The translations under genes and the position numbers were made by a program. From Promethearchaeota archaeon (GTDB lineage Archaea; Asgardarchaeota; Lokiarchaeia; Sigyniarchaeales; SOKP01), in the NCBI GenBank assembly GCA_019894715.1, contig JAGXOA010000169.1, positions 1-57,555 on the forward strand: 57,555 nucleotides of DNA, given 5' to 3'. Below are positions 37,980 to 48,288 of this stretch, in pieces; the stretch's first letter is position 1; each line of letters starts with the position of its first letter. The notes beneath the pieces were generated by a model. It was not told where the DNA came from, ran no database searches, and saw nothing but the letters and a program-made list of their open reading frames with translations.

Positions 37980-39458
37980 CTAGTAGTAGGAGATATTATC
38001 TAATAAATCATGAGGTCTAGCTTCTCGTTGACCTGCATATGAAACAATACCAATTTTAACTTTTTTCATTTCTACGATTTTTGTTGCACCAGCATAAATC
38101 ATTCCATTTTTTAATCCTTGCACTAATGTTTGTATAACAGATGGTAATCCACCAACAAAAGGAAGATAACTTGAGACACCTTCAGGAAGTAGTTTTGATC
38201 CCTCTATATATCTATCAGCCACAAATCCAATATCTCTTGCATTTTGACTACCCATTCCCCTATATACTTTAACTTTACGTCCTTGAATTGTATCAATATA
38301 CCCAGGACTTTCACTACATCCAGCAAAGAAATGGCCTGACATAATTAGATTAGCTCCAACAGAGAATGCTTTAGGCAGATCCCCTGGATTTTTAAAACCT
38401 CCATCTGCAATTAAACTCATTTTTGGATTATAATCTTGAATTGCATCTGCAACTGCAGCAGTAGCATATAATGTGGGCGCTCCAACCCCAGTTTGAATAG
38501 AAGTAGAACATATAGAACCTGATCCCATGCCAACTTTAATTCCTATAAATTTATCCGAATCAAAATCACATTTAGTTAGGAGATGTTCTGCACCTTCATA
38601 GGTTCCAATATTACCTAATACGAAATCAGAATCAAGAAAATTCATTAATTCCTTCACACCGAGAATATCTTTTTCTTTATAAAATTCTGCAACATCTGTG
38701 AAAAAAATATCGACATATTTGTCTATATTTTTAAGCTTATTTTGAGCTTCACTTGATTCAGGTAATTTAGGGCTTATTGCTAAAGCGCATAATAACCTAC
38801 CTTCCTCATCTATAGAGGCATAAGGAAATTCAGGTTTTAAATCTTTTTTCGTTATAAGACCTTTAAGATATCCATTTTCTATTATAGGTAATTTTTCTAT
38901 TCGATTTTGATAAAGTATATCTAAAGCTTCTTCCCGAGAGGATTCACGTTCAATTGAAATGATATTTTTTGTAATATAATCTACTACTTTTCCTGACTTT
39001 ATTTTATCTTCTGTGAAAGGAATATCTCTCTTCGTTAAGATCCCATTTACTTTATTCTCTTTATCTACCACAACTAAACCACTTATTCCTTCTTGCTCCA
39101 TAAGTGATGTAGCTTCAATTAGAGTGGAATCTATATCAATTGTGGCAACATCTCTTATAACAAATGATCGTGCTCTTTTTACATTCTTACACATTTTTAA
39201 TTGTTTGTCATGGGAACAATTACGATGTAAAACACCCAAACCACCTAATAGGGCCATCTTTATTGCCATTTTATCCTCTGTAACTGTATCCATTGCTGCA
39301 GATATAATCGGAACATTGAATTGATATTTGCCTATTTTGGTGGAAATATCAATATCATATGTTTTTGTGAATCCAGGTAAAATTAGAACATCATCAAAGG
39401 TAGCAACTATCTCTTTATGGTGGACTTTATTACGAAAATAATCTGACATTTTTAACAC
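37980..39458 (-). CDS. guaB: IMP dehydrogenase (with CBS pair)
   Basis: FDDVLILPG, ISAAMDTVTE, an internal CBS pair, the catalytic loop GMGSGSICST, and GGFKNPGD. Confidence 0.94.
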   Translation of the reverse strand: MLKMSDYFRNKVHHKEIVATFDDVLILPGFTKTYDIDISTKIGKYQFNVPIISAAMDTVTEDKMAIKMALLGGLGVLHRNCSHDKQLKMCKNVKRARSFVIRDVATIDIDSTLIEATSLMEQEGISGLVVVDKENKVNGILTKRDIPFTEDKIKSGKVVDYITKNIISIERESSREEALDILYQNRIEKLPIIENGYLKGLITKKDLKPEFPYASIDEEGRLLCALAISPKLPESSEAQNKLKNIDKYVDIFFTDVAEFYKEKDILGVKELMNFLDSDFVLGNIGTYEGAEHLLTKCDFDSDKFIGIKVGMGSGSICSTSIQTGVGAPTLYATAAVADAIQDYNPKMSLIADGGFKNPGDLPKAFSVGANLIMSGHFFAGCSESPGYIDTIQGRKVKVYRGMGSQNARDIGFVADRYIEGSKLLPEGVSSYLPFVGGLPSVIQTLVQGLKNGMIYAGATKIVEMKKVKIGIVSYAGQREARPHDLLDNISYY

Positions 39459-39893
39459 GATTTAGGTTATTTTTAAAAATTATTTTAGATTAAAATGTTA
39501 TTATAAAAATATTTCTTATTATTCTATTAAAGTTTATTATATTTAGTCTTTTAAAAAAAAACTTTAACACAGTTAGATTTCCATTTCAAAAAAAATTTAC
39601 TGATTTTTAAGAGGATATTAGATAATTAATTAAAATTGATTTCTAAAGTTACACTATCACTAAAATAAACATCTCTAGTGTCTTCAATTGAATTGTTATG
39701 AGATTGATCATTTTTGAAGATAAAATTCTCGAAACAGATAATGTTATTAAAAGCTGGTAAATGATGGATTTTAAATTTTATTTTATATTTTTAATTGGGA
39801 TTTTTCAAAAAATTATATAATATGTTGATTTTTTATTTACTTATACTAGGATTTTTTATTTTTAACTAGTCTTAAAAAAATAACATATTAATT

Positions 39894-40973
39894 ATGAAAC
39901 TTTTAGGTCTTAATCTTGGAGGTTTTTTTTCTCAAGTAGATGATTTTACTCAAAATCATTTAGATAATTTTATTACAGAAGAGGATATTAGCAGAATTAA
40001 AGACTGGAATTTTAATTGCCTTAGATTACCTGTAGATTTTCATTTTTTCGAAAATCAAAAAGAACCATATGACTACATAGAAGAAAGATTAAAGAAAATT
40101 GAAATAGTACTATCATGGGCTCAAAAATATGATATGAAATTAATTTTAGATCTTCATAAAGCTCCAGGCCATACATTTGAAACAAGAGAAGACAATAAAA
40201 ATACAATCTGGAGAAATAATTCCCAAAATAGAAAGAGATTCTTAAAAATATGGGAATTTTTAGCAAATAGATTTAAAGATCAAGATAATATAATATATGA
40301 ATTATTAAATGAACCAGTTGCATTAAAAGATCATTTTTGGTATGATCTTGCTGAAGAAGCTATAAAGATCATAAGAAATATAGATGAAACCCACGAAATT
40401 ATAATAGAATCAAACTTATGGGGAAAGACGGATTGTTTTAATAATATGCCTCTTTTTAAAGATGATAAAATCATATATAGCTTTCATTATTATCAACCTC
40501 ATTGGGTCACTCATCAAATGGCCGAATGGATTTCTTTTTATGTGAAGAATATTCATAGAAAAAAAGAGTTTTATCCTGGTAAAATTGAACTACCCTCAGA
40601 AAAATATAATAAACTTGGAGATAATTTCTATCTAAAAAGATTTAAAGAAGAACTTGGTTATCATTGGGATATAGAAAAGATGAAATCAACAATACAACCA
40701 GTTATTGATTTTAAAGAAAAAAATAATGTACCAATATTATGTGGTGAATTTGGTGTCGTTGCTAAAGCGTCTCCAATAGTAAGAAAAAATTGGATTGAAG
40801 ATCTAATGTTCATTTTTAAAGAAAACAAGATATCATATACATATTGGACCTATAAAAATATGGATTTTGGATTGTTTGACTTTACTGAAAAATATGACAA
40901 TAATCCAAACTATCAAAATGAAAAAAGATTAGATGAACCGACACTAAAAGCACTTCAAGAAGGCGCTTTTTAA
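39894..40973 (+). CDS. Glycoside hydrolase family 5 (cellulase-like), no signal peptide
   Basis: GLNLGGFF at the N-terminus, the acid/base motif YELLNEP, the nucleophile motif CGEFG, and WTYK near the C-terminus. Confidence 0.82.
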   Translation: MKLLGLNLGGFFSQVDDFTQNHLDNFITEEDISRIKDWNFNCLRLPVDFHFFENQKEPYDYIEERLKKIEIVLSWAQKYDMKLILDLHKAPGHTFETREDNKNTIWRNNSQNRKRFLKIWEFLANRFKDQDNIIYELLNEPVALKDHFWYDLAEEAIKIIRNIDETHEIIIESNLWGKTDCFNNMPLFKDDKIIYSFHYYQPHWVTHQMAEWISFYVKNIHRKKEFYPGKIELPSEKYNKLGDNFYLKRFKEELGYHWDIEKMKSTIQPVIDFKEKNNVPILCGEFGVVAKASPIVRKNWIEDLMFIFKENKISYTYWTYKNMDFGLFDFTEKYDNNPNYQNEKRLDEPTLKALQEGAF

Positions 40974-41115
40974 AAATTTTATTTTTTTAAAACTCTCTTC
41001 GATATGTTGAATCTAAATAGAATAATATCAAATATTTTTTTTACAATGCAAGATTTTAATTTTCTGTAGGTTAAAATTAATTCTTTTTACCTAAATTATA
41101 TACATATAAAATATA

Positions 41116-41709
41116 ATGAGACCAAATAAAGAAGTAGTTTATTGTTTTAAGATTGTTATTCTCGGAGGCGGGGGTGCTGGTAAAACATCCCTTTTCAATA
41201 GATATTGTTTTAATTCATTCAATATGAATACAGAAATGACTATAGGCCTTAATTTTCATTCTACATATCTTAATATTAGATTTGAGGAAAATAAGCAATC
41301 TGATTCAGAGGAAAAGTGTATTGTAAACTCTATATTTGATTTTGGAGGTCAAGAAAGATTTAAATCCCTAATTCCACGATTGCTAAATGGAACAGATGGA
41401 GCGTTGTTAGTCTTTGATTTGGTTAATTATTCTTCATTTCAACAGTTAGAAAATTGGTATGATCTCCTAAAATCTAAAGTGGGGGAAAAAATCCCAATTT
41501 TACTAATAGGTAGTAAAAATGATTTATTGAGTACTTCTTCAAAAAATGAGATTGTTCAGAAAGAAATAATTCAAGAAATGATTAATAAATATGATATAGA
41601 TGGTTTTTTTAAAACATCATCATTAGAAAATTATAATGTTCTAAGTGCATTTAAAGAATTAAATAGACTAATGTTAAACTATCATAATATTGATGTAATT
41701 ATCAAATAG
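41116..41709 (+). CDS. Ras-superfamily (Rab/Ras-like) small GTPase
   Basis: G1 is ILGGGGAGKTSLFNRY, G3 is DFGGQERF, G4 is GSKNDL, G5 is TSSLEN. At 197 aa it has a typical small-GTPase size. Confidence 0.88.
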   Translation: MRPNKEVVYCFKIVILGGGGAGKTSLFNRYCFNSFNMNTEMTIGLNFHSTYLNIRFEENKQSDSEEKCIVNSIFDFGGQERFKSLIPRLLNGTDGALLVFDLVNYSSFQQLENWYDLLKSKVGEKIPILLIGSKNDLLSTSSKNEIVQKEIIQEMINKYDIDGFFKTSSLENYNVLSAFKELNRLMLNYHNIDVIIK

Positions 41710-41747
41710 ATTATTTAACTGTAATTTACCCGTCTTCCACCAGAAAG

Positions 41748-41775
41748 CCACGTCCTTTAGGGCGTGGTAGTTCAA
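41748..41775 (+). repeat. Solo right-end-type hairpin + GGTAGTTCAA
   Basis: ccacgtcc-ttta-gggcgtgg (8 bp including one G-U) followed by tagttcaa, 39 nt downstream of the GTPase stop on the same strand. Confidence 0.6.
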
Positions 41776-42002
41776 TTAGAGATTAATTTGAAAATTATTA
41801 CATACTTTAAACATAAGCCTATTCTTCATTAGATTAGATATTAAAAAAAAAAGAAAATCTATAAAAAAACCTCAGAAACATCACAAAAATGATATAATAT
41901 TGAAGAACTCTAGATAAAATAATTGATTTTCATTTCAATTTTAACAAATGGAATTGGAGGAGTTCTAAAAATTTAATAGAAAATTATAGAGTGTTCTTAT
42001 TA

Positions 42003-43067
42003 TTATTTAAAAAGATAATCTGTAAAATCATTAAAAAATTCTTTCTGTTCTCTATTTAAATCAGGATATATCTCTTTAAGTGAAAGATTAGCTTCATAAA
42101 CTAAGTTTTTTGCAAGTTGGTCTGCTATTTTTATAGCTTTAGTATCTTCAAAAATTTTACTCACGATGTTTATATCATCATTAGTTATATCATCTTTTCT
42201 ATAAATTTCATTCAAAATCTTGGATTGTTGTTCATCAGTGTTTTTAACTGCTAAAATATAGACAATTTTTTTCTTTTTTCCAGTTATATCTTCTTTAATA
42301 TCAATTATATCATCCCTGATTGCATATGCCTGTCCAATTTTTAGCATAGCATTAGATAGTGGTTTTATTTGATAATGAACATTACCATTTGCTAATATCG
42401 CTCCAATTCTTACAGCTTTATCAAAGGTTCTTGCACGTTCCAATTCAGCAATATTCAAATATTGTTCCAAAGACATAGTTATATGGTGATATTGCATATA
42501 CTCCTCAATAATTTGTCCTCGAATTAGACTATCCATTGCTTCAGAATATTCATTTATTGCCATTAATTTTAATTTCTGAGGAAAGTCTGAACTCTTAATG
42601 ATATCTAATCCTAATAGATATGCATAAGTACCACCTAGTATACCAATATCTTTTCCATATTGCTCCCAATTTTTAGATATTTGAGGAATTTCCTCATTTT
42701 TATAGAGATCTTTTATTTCTTTTTTAATTTGTTTATGAAATGTGAAATTTCCTCTCCTAATTATATCGTCATCTATTAAATCATCATGAATGAGATGAGC
42801 ATTATGTAAAAGTTCAATAGACATTGATACCTTTCTAATCTCTTCAATTTGTTCTTCCAAATACATCGGATTTATTATACCATTAAAGGCTTCAATTAGA
42901 AGGATTGAATGAAGGCGTTTAGCCTTTTTATTAAGTATAAAATTTTTGAATTCACTTAGAAAATCACCAAATAGAATATCATTTTTTTTTCTATTAAGTC
43001 TTCTAAAATATTTAGCTAATTCCCTATCTACTATTTTCTTTTTTGAATCTAATAATTTCCCTATCAA
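42003..43067 (-). CDS. trans-Polyprenyl diphosphate synthase (GGPP synthase family or longer chain)
   Basis: First Asp-rich motif LIHDDLIDDD and second Asp-rich motif IRDDIIDI. Ala sits at position -5 from the first motif. Confidence 0.88.
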   Translation of the reverse strand: MIGKLLDSKKKIVDRELAKYFRRLNRKKNDILFGDFLSEFKNFILNKKAKRLHSILLIEAFNGIINPMYLEEQIEEIRKVSMSIELLHNAHLIHDDLIDDDIIRRGNFTFHKQIKKEIKDLYKNEEIPQISKNWEQYGKDIGILGGTYAYLLGLDIIKSSDFPQKLKLMAINEYSEAMDSLIRGQIIEEYMQYHHITMSLEQYLNIAELERARTFDKAVRIGAILANGNVHYQIKPLSNAMLKIGQAYAIRDDIIDIKEDITGKKKKIVYILAVKNTDEQQSKILNEIYRKDDITNDDINIVSKIFEDTKAIKIADQLAKNLVYEANLSLKEIYPDLNREQKEFFNDFTDYLFK

Positions 43068-43351
43068 ATAATCACGATATTAAAAAAGATCCATCTATTC
43101 ATTATAAATGAAATAATTGATTTAAATATCTTTTTTATGATTTCTTAATGTTATGAAAATTCATTGAACAATTGAATTATATAATAATAAATCATATATA
43201 TTATATATTATTTCAAGTTTGGTAATTAGGAGATTGTAACAATAAAAAATTCTATATATAATTAAATAATTTAAAAAATAAGACCAAAAATTTTATTTAC
43301 AATAATTTTTTTGATTAATGTACTTTAATATAAAAATGTAAAGTCTTAATT

Positions 43352-43858
43352 ATGAAGATAGGTGTAATATCAGATACTCATGATCATTTAACGAATATTT
43401 CAAAAGCAGTAAAACTCTTTAATGAGAGAAATATTGATGTACTTATTCATTGTGGAGATTTTGTATCTCCGTTTACTTTTAGAGTCTTTGACGATTTAAT
43501 TCCATCAATTAAGAGTAATTTTTATGGTGTTTTTGGAAATAATGATGGAGATAGAGTTTTTTTAAAAGAAATTCTGGGTCAAATTTGCCATCTTGTTGGA
43601 ATGGAACTAATATCAGAATTTGATGGAATTAGAGTATATGCTACTCATATGCCAAATAAAGAAACAGTGGATTCTATTGCAAAATCGGGTAATTTTGAGA
43701 TTGTATTATATGGACATACCCATTCTTCAGAAGTAAAGAAATATGATAATGGTGTTTTGGTTGTTAATCCAGGTGAATGTTGTGGTTATTTAAGTGGAAG
43801 AGCAACTGTAGCAATCATTGATACTCATATTGTTGATGCTGAGATTATTGAAATTTAG
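43352..43858 (+). CDS. YfcE/MJ0936-family metallophosphoesterase
   Basis: MKIGVISDTHD, HCGDF, GNNDG, GHTH and NPGE in canonical order; 168 aa. Confidence 0.88.
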   Translation: MKIGVISDTHDHLTNISKAVKLFNERNIDVLIHCGDFVSPFTFRVFDDLIPSIKSNFYGVFGNNDGDRVFLKEILGQICHLVGMELISEFDGIRVYATHMPNKETVDSIAKSGNFEIVLYGHTHSSEVKKYDNGVLVVNPGECCGYLSGRATVAIIDTHIVDAEIIEI

Positions 43859-43906
43859 TTTTTTTTTAAAAGTTAATAATTTAGAGTTTCTTTAATAGAT
43901 AGTAAT

Positions 43907-45112
43907 ATGACTCTACCTTTAGATAATATTCGTGTGGTTGATCTTAGTAGGATGCTTCCCGGACCTTATTGTAGTATGATTTTGGGAGATTTAGGTGCAG
44001 AAATAATACACATTAAAAATCCTAATTATTCTGATTATGATATACCTGTGTTTTATAAAGAAAATGGAAAGGAAATTAATGCTTTTGATTCTATTATTAT
44101 GAGAAACAAGAAATCGATAACACTTAATTTTAGATTAAAAAAAGCAAGAGAAATTTTCTATAAATTAATAAAAAAAGTAGATGTAGTTTTAGAATCATTC
44201 AGACCGGGAATAGCTGAAAAATTAGGAATAGATTATAAAAATCTTGTTAATATTAATAAAGGGATAATTTATTGTTCTTTAACTGGGTTTGGACAAAATG
44301 GACCATATCATAACTTAGCTGGTCATAACCTAAATTATGTTGGTTTATCAGGTATTTTAGATATGAATAGGAAAAGAGAAATCTATGGCGATTATGATAA
44401 AGAAAGGCCCCCAATTACACCAGGATCTCACTCAGCAGCTACAAGTGGTGCATTTTTAGCAGGGATTGGTATTTTAAGCGCAATTATTGAGAGAGAAAGA
44501 AATCCAAAAAAAGTAGGACAATATATTGATATATCAATGCTAGATAGTGCATTCTCATTAATACCTATATTGGCAGCATTTAATTTCTCTAATAATAATA
44601 ATAATAATAATAACCCTCTTCATGGCTCAGCTCCTTATTATCAAATTTATAAAACAAAAGATAATAAATACTTGACAATAGCATCATTTGAACAAAAATT
44701 TTGGGTACGATTATGTGAAAAACTTGGACGTAAAGATTTAGAATCTAGTCAATTTGTCCAAAATGAAGAAAAAGAATACCTATTCAATGAACTACAAAAG
44801 GAAATATCGAAAAAAACTCAAAAAGAATGGATTGAAATTCTAACAAATAAAGATACATGTGTTTTTCCAATTAATAATTTCAATCAAGCATGTAATGATC
44901 CTCAAATTAAGGCTCGAAACATGATTATAGAAAAAATCCATTCAGATATTGGAAAAATAAAGATAATAAACTCTCCAATAAATTTATCCCGTACACCTAT
45001 AAAAATAAGAACTTTAGCTCCAAAATTAGGAGAGCACACAGAAGAAATATTAAAAGAACTAAATTACACAGATGAAGATATACTAAATTTTAGAAAAATG
45101 AATATTATCTGA
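43907..45112 (+). CDS. Family III CoA-transferase (CaiB/BaiF; alpha-methylacyl-CoA racemase-like)
   Basis: LDNIRVVDLSRMLPGPYCSMILGDLGAEIIHIK, ESFRPG, and a CSLTGFGQNGPY...GHNLNY block. Confidence 0.88.
   Translation: MTLPLDNIRVVDLSRMLPGPYCSMILGDLGAEIIHIKNPNYSDYDIPVFYKENGKEINAFDSIIMRNKKSITLNFRLKKAREIFYKLIKKVDVVLESFRPGIAEKLGIDYKNLVNINKGIIYCSLTGFGQNGPYHNLAGHNLNYVGLSGILDMNRKREIYGDYDKERPPITPGSHSAATSGAFLAGIGILSAIIERERNPKKVGQYIDISMLDSAFSLIPILAAFNFSNNNNNNNNPLHGSAPYYQIYKTKDNKYLTIASFEQKFWVRLCEKLGRKDLESSQFVQNEEKEYLFNELQKEISKKTQKEWIEILTNKDTCVFPINNFNQACNDPQIKARNMIIEKIHSDIGKIKIINSPINLSRTPIKIRTLAPKLGEHTEEILKELNYTDEDILNFRKMNII
44591..44611. repeat. (AAT)7 trinucleotide microsatellite inside a CDS
   Basis: aataataataataataataat read directly, in frame. 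It encodes the poly-Asn stretch (with the flanking aat/aac codons) in the CoA-transferase. Confidence 0.95.
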
Positions 45113-45264
45113 GAAAAAATCTTTTTAATAGATTATTTACCATTTTCTTGAAGAAAAGGTAAATTATTAAGATTAAAACATCTACTAATCAACCATAAAT
45201 TTATTTAATATTTCTATTATAATATCATAGAGTATTGCATATTAATAATCCTATATAATCATTC

Positions 45265-46851
45265 TTGAGTATTATGTCAGAAGAACTAAATAAAACAGAA
45301 ATAAAGAAAGAATTAGAAAATGAACAAAATGATGATCAAAAAGAAGGAATATTTGAAAATCAAAAATCTGAAAAGGCTGTAGTAATACAAGCTGAAGTAT
45401 ATAAAACAATTATACTTTATGCAAGTCGATATGCTAATAGTGCAATTCCTCCTTCAGAATGGAAGGAAATTTATGGTGTATTAATTGGACATATTGATGA
45501 TGATTTTGTTCATGTTGAGAGTGCAGAAGCTTTAACATTTGGACACGATACAGACGTGCATTTAGATAATAGACATTATACTTTTATTGCTCAATTGGAT
45601 GAAGAGTTATATAATGAGGATAAAAAACACCATATAGTTGGATGGTTTCATTCTCATCCTAATTTAGGTCTATTTTTTTCTGGTGTAGATCTTAGAAATC
45701 AATTATTTTTTCAGACTCATAAAGATGGAATAGGCTTAGTTTTTGATCATACTTTATTGGGTAAAAAAAAACAAGAAAAAATAGAAGGAACAGAACACAC
45801 AATTAGCAAATACGATACGGGATTTGAGATATACAGAATTAATGATGTAGAAATGGACCCAGATGATCCAAACTTTAACGATAATTATCATAGTGTTGAT
45901 TATATTGTCAAGGGACTAAATAAATTCTTCTTTGCAAATGTATTAAACGAATTATCGGCATTGGTTAGTGCAGGAAAGCCACTACAATCTGCTTATGGAG
46001 AGGACTTCAAACTAGAATCAAATTATACAGGCGATTTAGACTCCAGTTATCTAGATCCTAATAAAATATACAATAATATTTCATCATTTGATGAAAACAT
46101 ATTGGAAAATATTCCAATGGAAGAAAATATTTCTTTTAGTGGTGATGATCTGTTTTATAATAAATCCTCAAAAAGAGAAAATAAAAATTCAGATATTAGG
46201 CAACAAGCAGAACAATTAATATTTGAAGGAACACAATATTTTGAGAATAAAGATATTGTTGATGGAGTTGAAAAATTTGAAAAAGCAATACAAAAATATG
46301 AAAAAATTGGAGATCAAGAAAAAGTATTTGAACTCCTAAAAAAATTGTCTGAAAATTGTATATCAAGTAATCATTTATTTTTAGCTAAAGAATTTTCCAT
46401 TCGATTGAAGGATTTATCAGAAAAAGTAGATAATTTATTTTTTAGAGGAGAAGCCAATTATTTATTAGGATATTTATTACTTAAAAAAGGAGATAATGAA
46501 TTCTTAAGTGAGGGTCTTAATAAGATAAGAGATGCTGCAATATTATTTGAAAAGCAAGAAGATTATGTAGGAGCAGCAACTTGTTTTCATAAAATAGGTA
46601 GTACTTATCAAACAAGGTTAAATAAATTGGATAATAGTTGTCTATTTTACAGAGAAGCTATAGAGAACTATAATAAAGCAATACTTAAAAGCCACCCTAA
46701 TAGAAAATCTCTATGGTCCAAGCCTGAAATATTATCAAAAAAGATTCTTGAATTAAAAGATATTATTGAGGAAATACTCCCAAAATTAGATAATCTAAAT
46801 ATTCGAGATAAAATTAGAAATGATTTGGATTCTATCAATTATAATTTCTAA
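45265..46851 (+). CDS. JAB1/MPN/JAMM metalloprotease domain fused to a C-terminal TPR-like helical domain
   Basis: The JAMM motif is complete: E (EWKEIYGVLIG) ... GWFHSHPNLGLFFSGVD (HxHx7Sx2D). The C-terminal ~230 aa contains TPR-like units (AEQLIFEGTQYFENKDIVDGVEKFEKAIQKYEKIGD..., YLLGYLLLKKGDNEF...). Confidence 0.82.
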   Translation: MSIMSEELNKTEIKKELENEQNDDQKEGIFENQKSEKAVVIQAEVYKTIILYASRYANSAIPPSEWKEIYGVLIGHIDDDFVHVESAEALTFGHDTDVHLDNRHYTFIAQLDEELYNEDKKHHIVGWFHSHPNLGLFFSGVDLRNQLFFQTHKDGIGLVFDHTLLGKKKQEKIEGTEHTISKYDTGFEIYRINDVEMDPDDPNFNDNYHSVDYIVKGLNKFFFANVLNELSALVSAGKPLQSAYGEDFKLESNYTGDLDSSYLDPNKIYNNISSFDENILENIPMEENISFSGDDLFYNKSSKRENKNSDIRQQAEQLIFEGTQYFENKDIVDGVEKFEKAIQKYEKIGDQEKVFELLKKLSENCISSNHLFLAKEFSIRLKDLSEKVDNLFFRGEANYLLGYLLLKKGDNEFLSEGLNKIRDAAILFEKQEDYVGAATCFHKIGSTYQTRLNKLDNSCLFYREAIENYNKAILKSHPNRKSLWSKPEILSKKILELKDIIEEILPKLDNLNIRDKIRNDLDSINYNF

Positions 46852-47156
46852 AAAGAAAATTATTATTTCTATTTTTTGTTAGAATTTAACCAACCTATTA
46901 TTGAAGACAATTTTATAAAAGGAAGATTTCTAAAAAATTAAAAACTGATAAATAAATATGTTTCAGTTTATTTAATATTTGACTGACCTCAAATAGAAAA
47001 TTTAAAGATGTTCTTAAAACGAGCGATTGTAAACAACTTAAAAAAAAAAAGAAGAATAACTTGGATGTTTTTTAGATTGGATTTTAAATATAGAATGAAT
47101 TTTAGACATATAGATAATTTAGATATTGAATTATCTAAGAATTGGATTTTCCTCCA

Positions 47157-47437
47157 TTTGAACTACCATCATCTAAAGGTGTCGGATTCGTAATTTATCG
47201 AAACGAACTCAATAGATTACTTGAGTATTACAGGTTCTCCAAACTTTTGACATCCCGTAATCCCTAAAGTAGTATGATGATGAATTATTGGTTATCTAAT
47301 TAATCATCAATATTTAATATAGAGTTTTTCCTCTATTTGAAAATAGGGTGTGATATCGATTGGTGATTTTTTTATCATTTTATAATAAAATTCATCCAAT
47401 CCCTAAAGGAATGGGTTTTCTTTTGTTTATATGATAA
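47157..47437 (-). mobile_element. ~280-bp TnpB-less IS200/IS605 derivative (MITE/PATE-like) carrying right-end/omega-RNA-like and left-end hairpin modules
   Basis: On the minus strand, the left-end hairpin (47437-47391) is followed by a body and then an omega-RNA-like region (47297-47157) ending ggtagttcaa. It has the same architecture as the TnpB-remnant element at 18643-19066 and no coding capacity. Confidence 0.62.
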
Positions 47438-47710
47438 GATTTTAGAATTTCACTAAAATAAATCCTATTTTAAAAATAATTTAAAGATTTTAAGATACAT
47501 ACAATATTTAATCAAAAAAATTATATTTTATACTTAATTTTTTATACATACTATTTTTGGTGATAAATAATTCCTCGAAGAAAACAAAAATTAAAATTTT
47601 CAAGAAAATTTGCTTGTAAACATCTTGAACCAATAGGTAATATATCTACTAGCCTACAACCCTTATGTAATTGCTCAAAAAGAGAATTAGTACTTGGGAC
47701 GAAAGCATAT

Positions 47711-48277
47711 GTGTGTCAAGTTTGTGATCTTTATGATCAATCAAGTATAAAAATTGCTGAAGTATATCAAACAAGTAAATCAAAAGCAGAAAAAATAATA
47801 AAAGAAAAAGCGGCGGCGGAAGGTCTTAAGATTACTGATATAAACATAGATGATGATATTGATTTATCAGTAGAAGAATTTGAAGAAGAAGAAGAGGAAG
47901 TTGGTGAAAAATTTAAGAAAAAAGAGCCTGGAAAGAAAATTGAAGATGCAGAAGAATTTACTGAAGCAGAATGTCCATTTTGTGGAGATTTATTTGAAAA
48001 TCTTGGAACACATATTGTAAATTGTGAGCTTGCTCCTGATGATGTGGATCTAAAATCATATTTACCTTCAAAATCTAAAAGGAAAAAGAAGAAAAAAGAA
48101 ATTCCAGAATCTACAGAAAAAAAGGAACAAAACAAAAAAATATGTCCTTACTGTAAAAAAGGTTATGCGAGACTAGGTCGTCATTTACCTCATTGTGTAA
48201 AAAGACCTGATGATGTTGATGAAGAAAAAGAAAAACAGTATTCAGATGGAAAAATAGATATAAGTGAATTTGACTAA
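47711..48277 (+). CDS. Acidic/basic protein with two C-x2-C-x9-H-x3-C (CCHC) zinc-finger repeats
   Basis: CPFCGDLFENLGTHIVNCELAPDDVD and CPYCKKGYARLGRHLPHCVKRPDDVD are internal repeats. E-rich and K-rich linkers. GTG start in the track. The frame is open for 48 further codons upstream (from 47567) without a canonical start. Confidence 0.6.
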   Translation: MCQVCDLYDQSSIKIAEVYQTSKSKAEKIIKEKAAAEGLKITDINIDDDIDLSVEEFEEEEEEVGEKFKKKEPGKKIEDAEEFTEAECPFCGDLFENLGTHIVNCELAPDDVDLKSYLPSKSKRKKKKKEIPESTEKKEQNKKICPYCKKGYARLGRHLPHCVKRPDDVDEEKEKQYSDGKIDISEFD

Positions 48278-48288
48278 TATAAATTATC

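Noticed and set aside
47008-47193. 61-aa ORF in the large intergenic gap.
   Set aside because: It runs straight across the terminal TTGAACTACC hairpin of the MITE-like element and has an odd basic, low-complexity sequence. It is best explained as a chance open frame.
5645-47437. Could the repeated hairpin units be a CRISPR array or a REP cluster?
   Set aside because: The copies are kilobases apart, in both orientations, and not separated by uniform spacers. One copy is physically linked to a TnpB fragment. This fits dispersed IS200/IS605-derived elements, not a CRISPR array.
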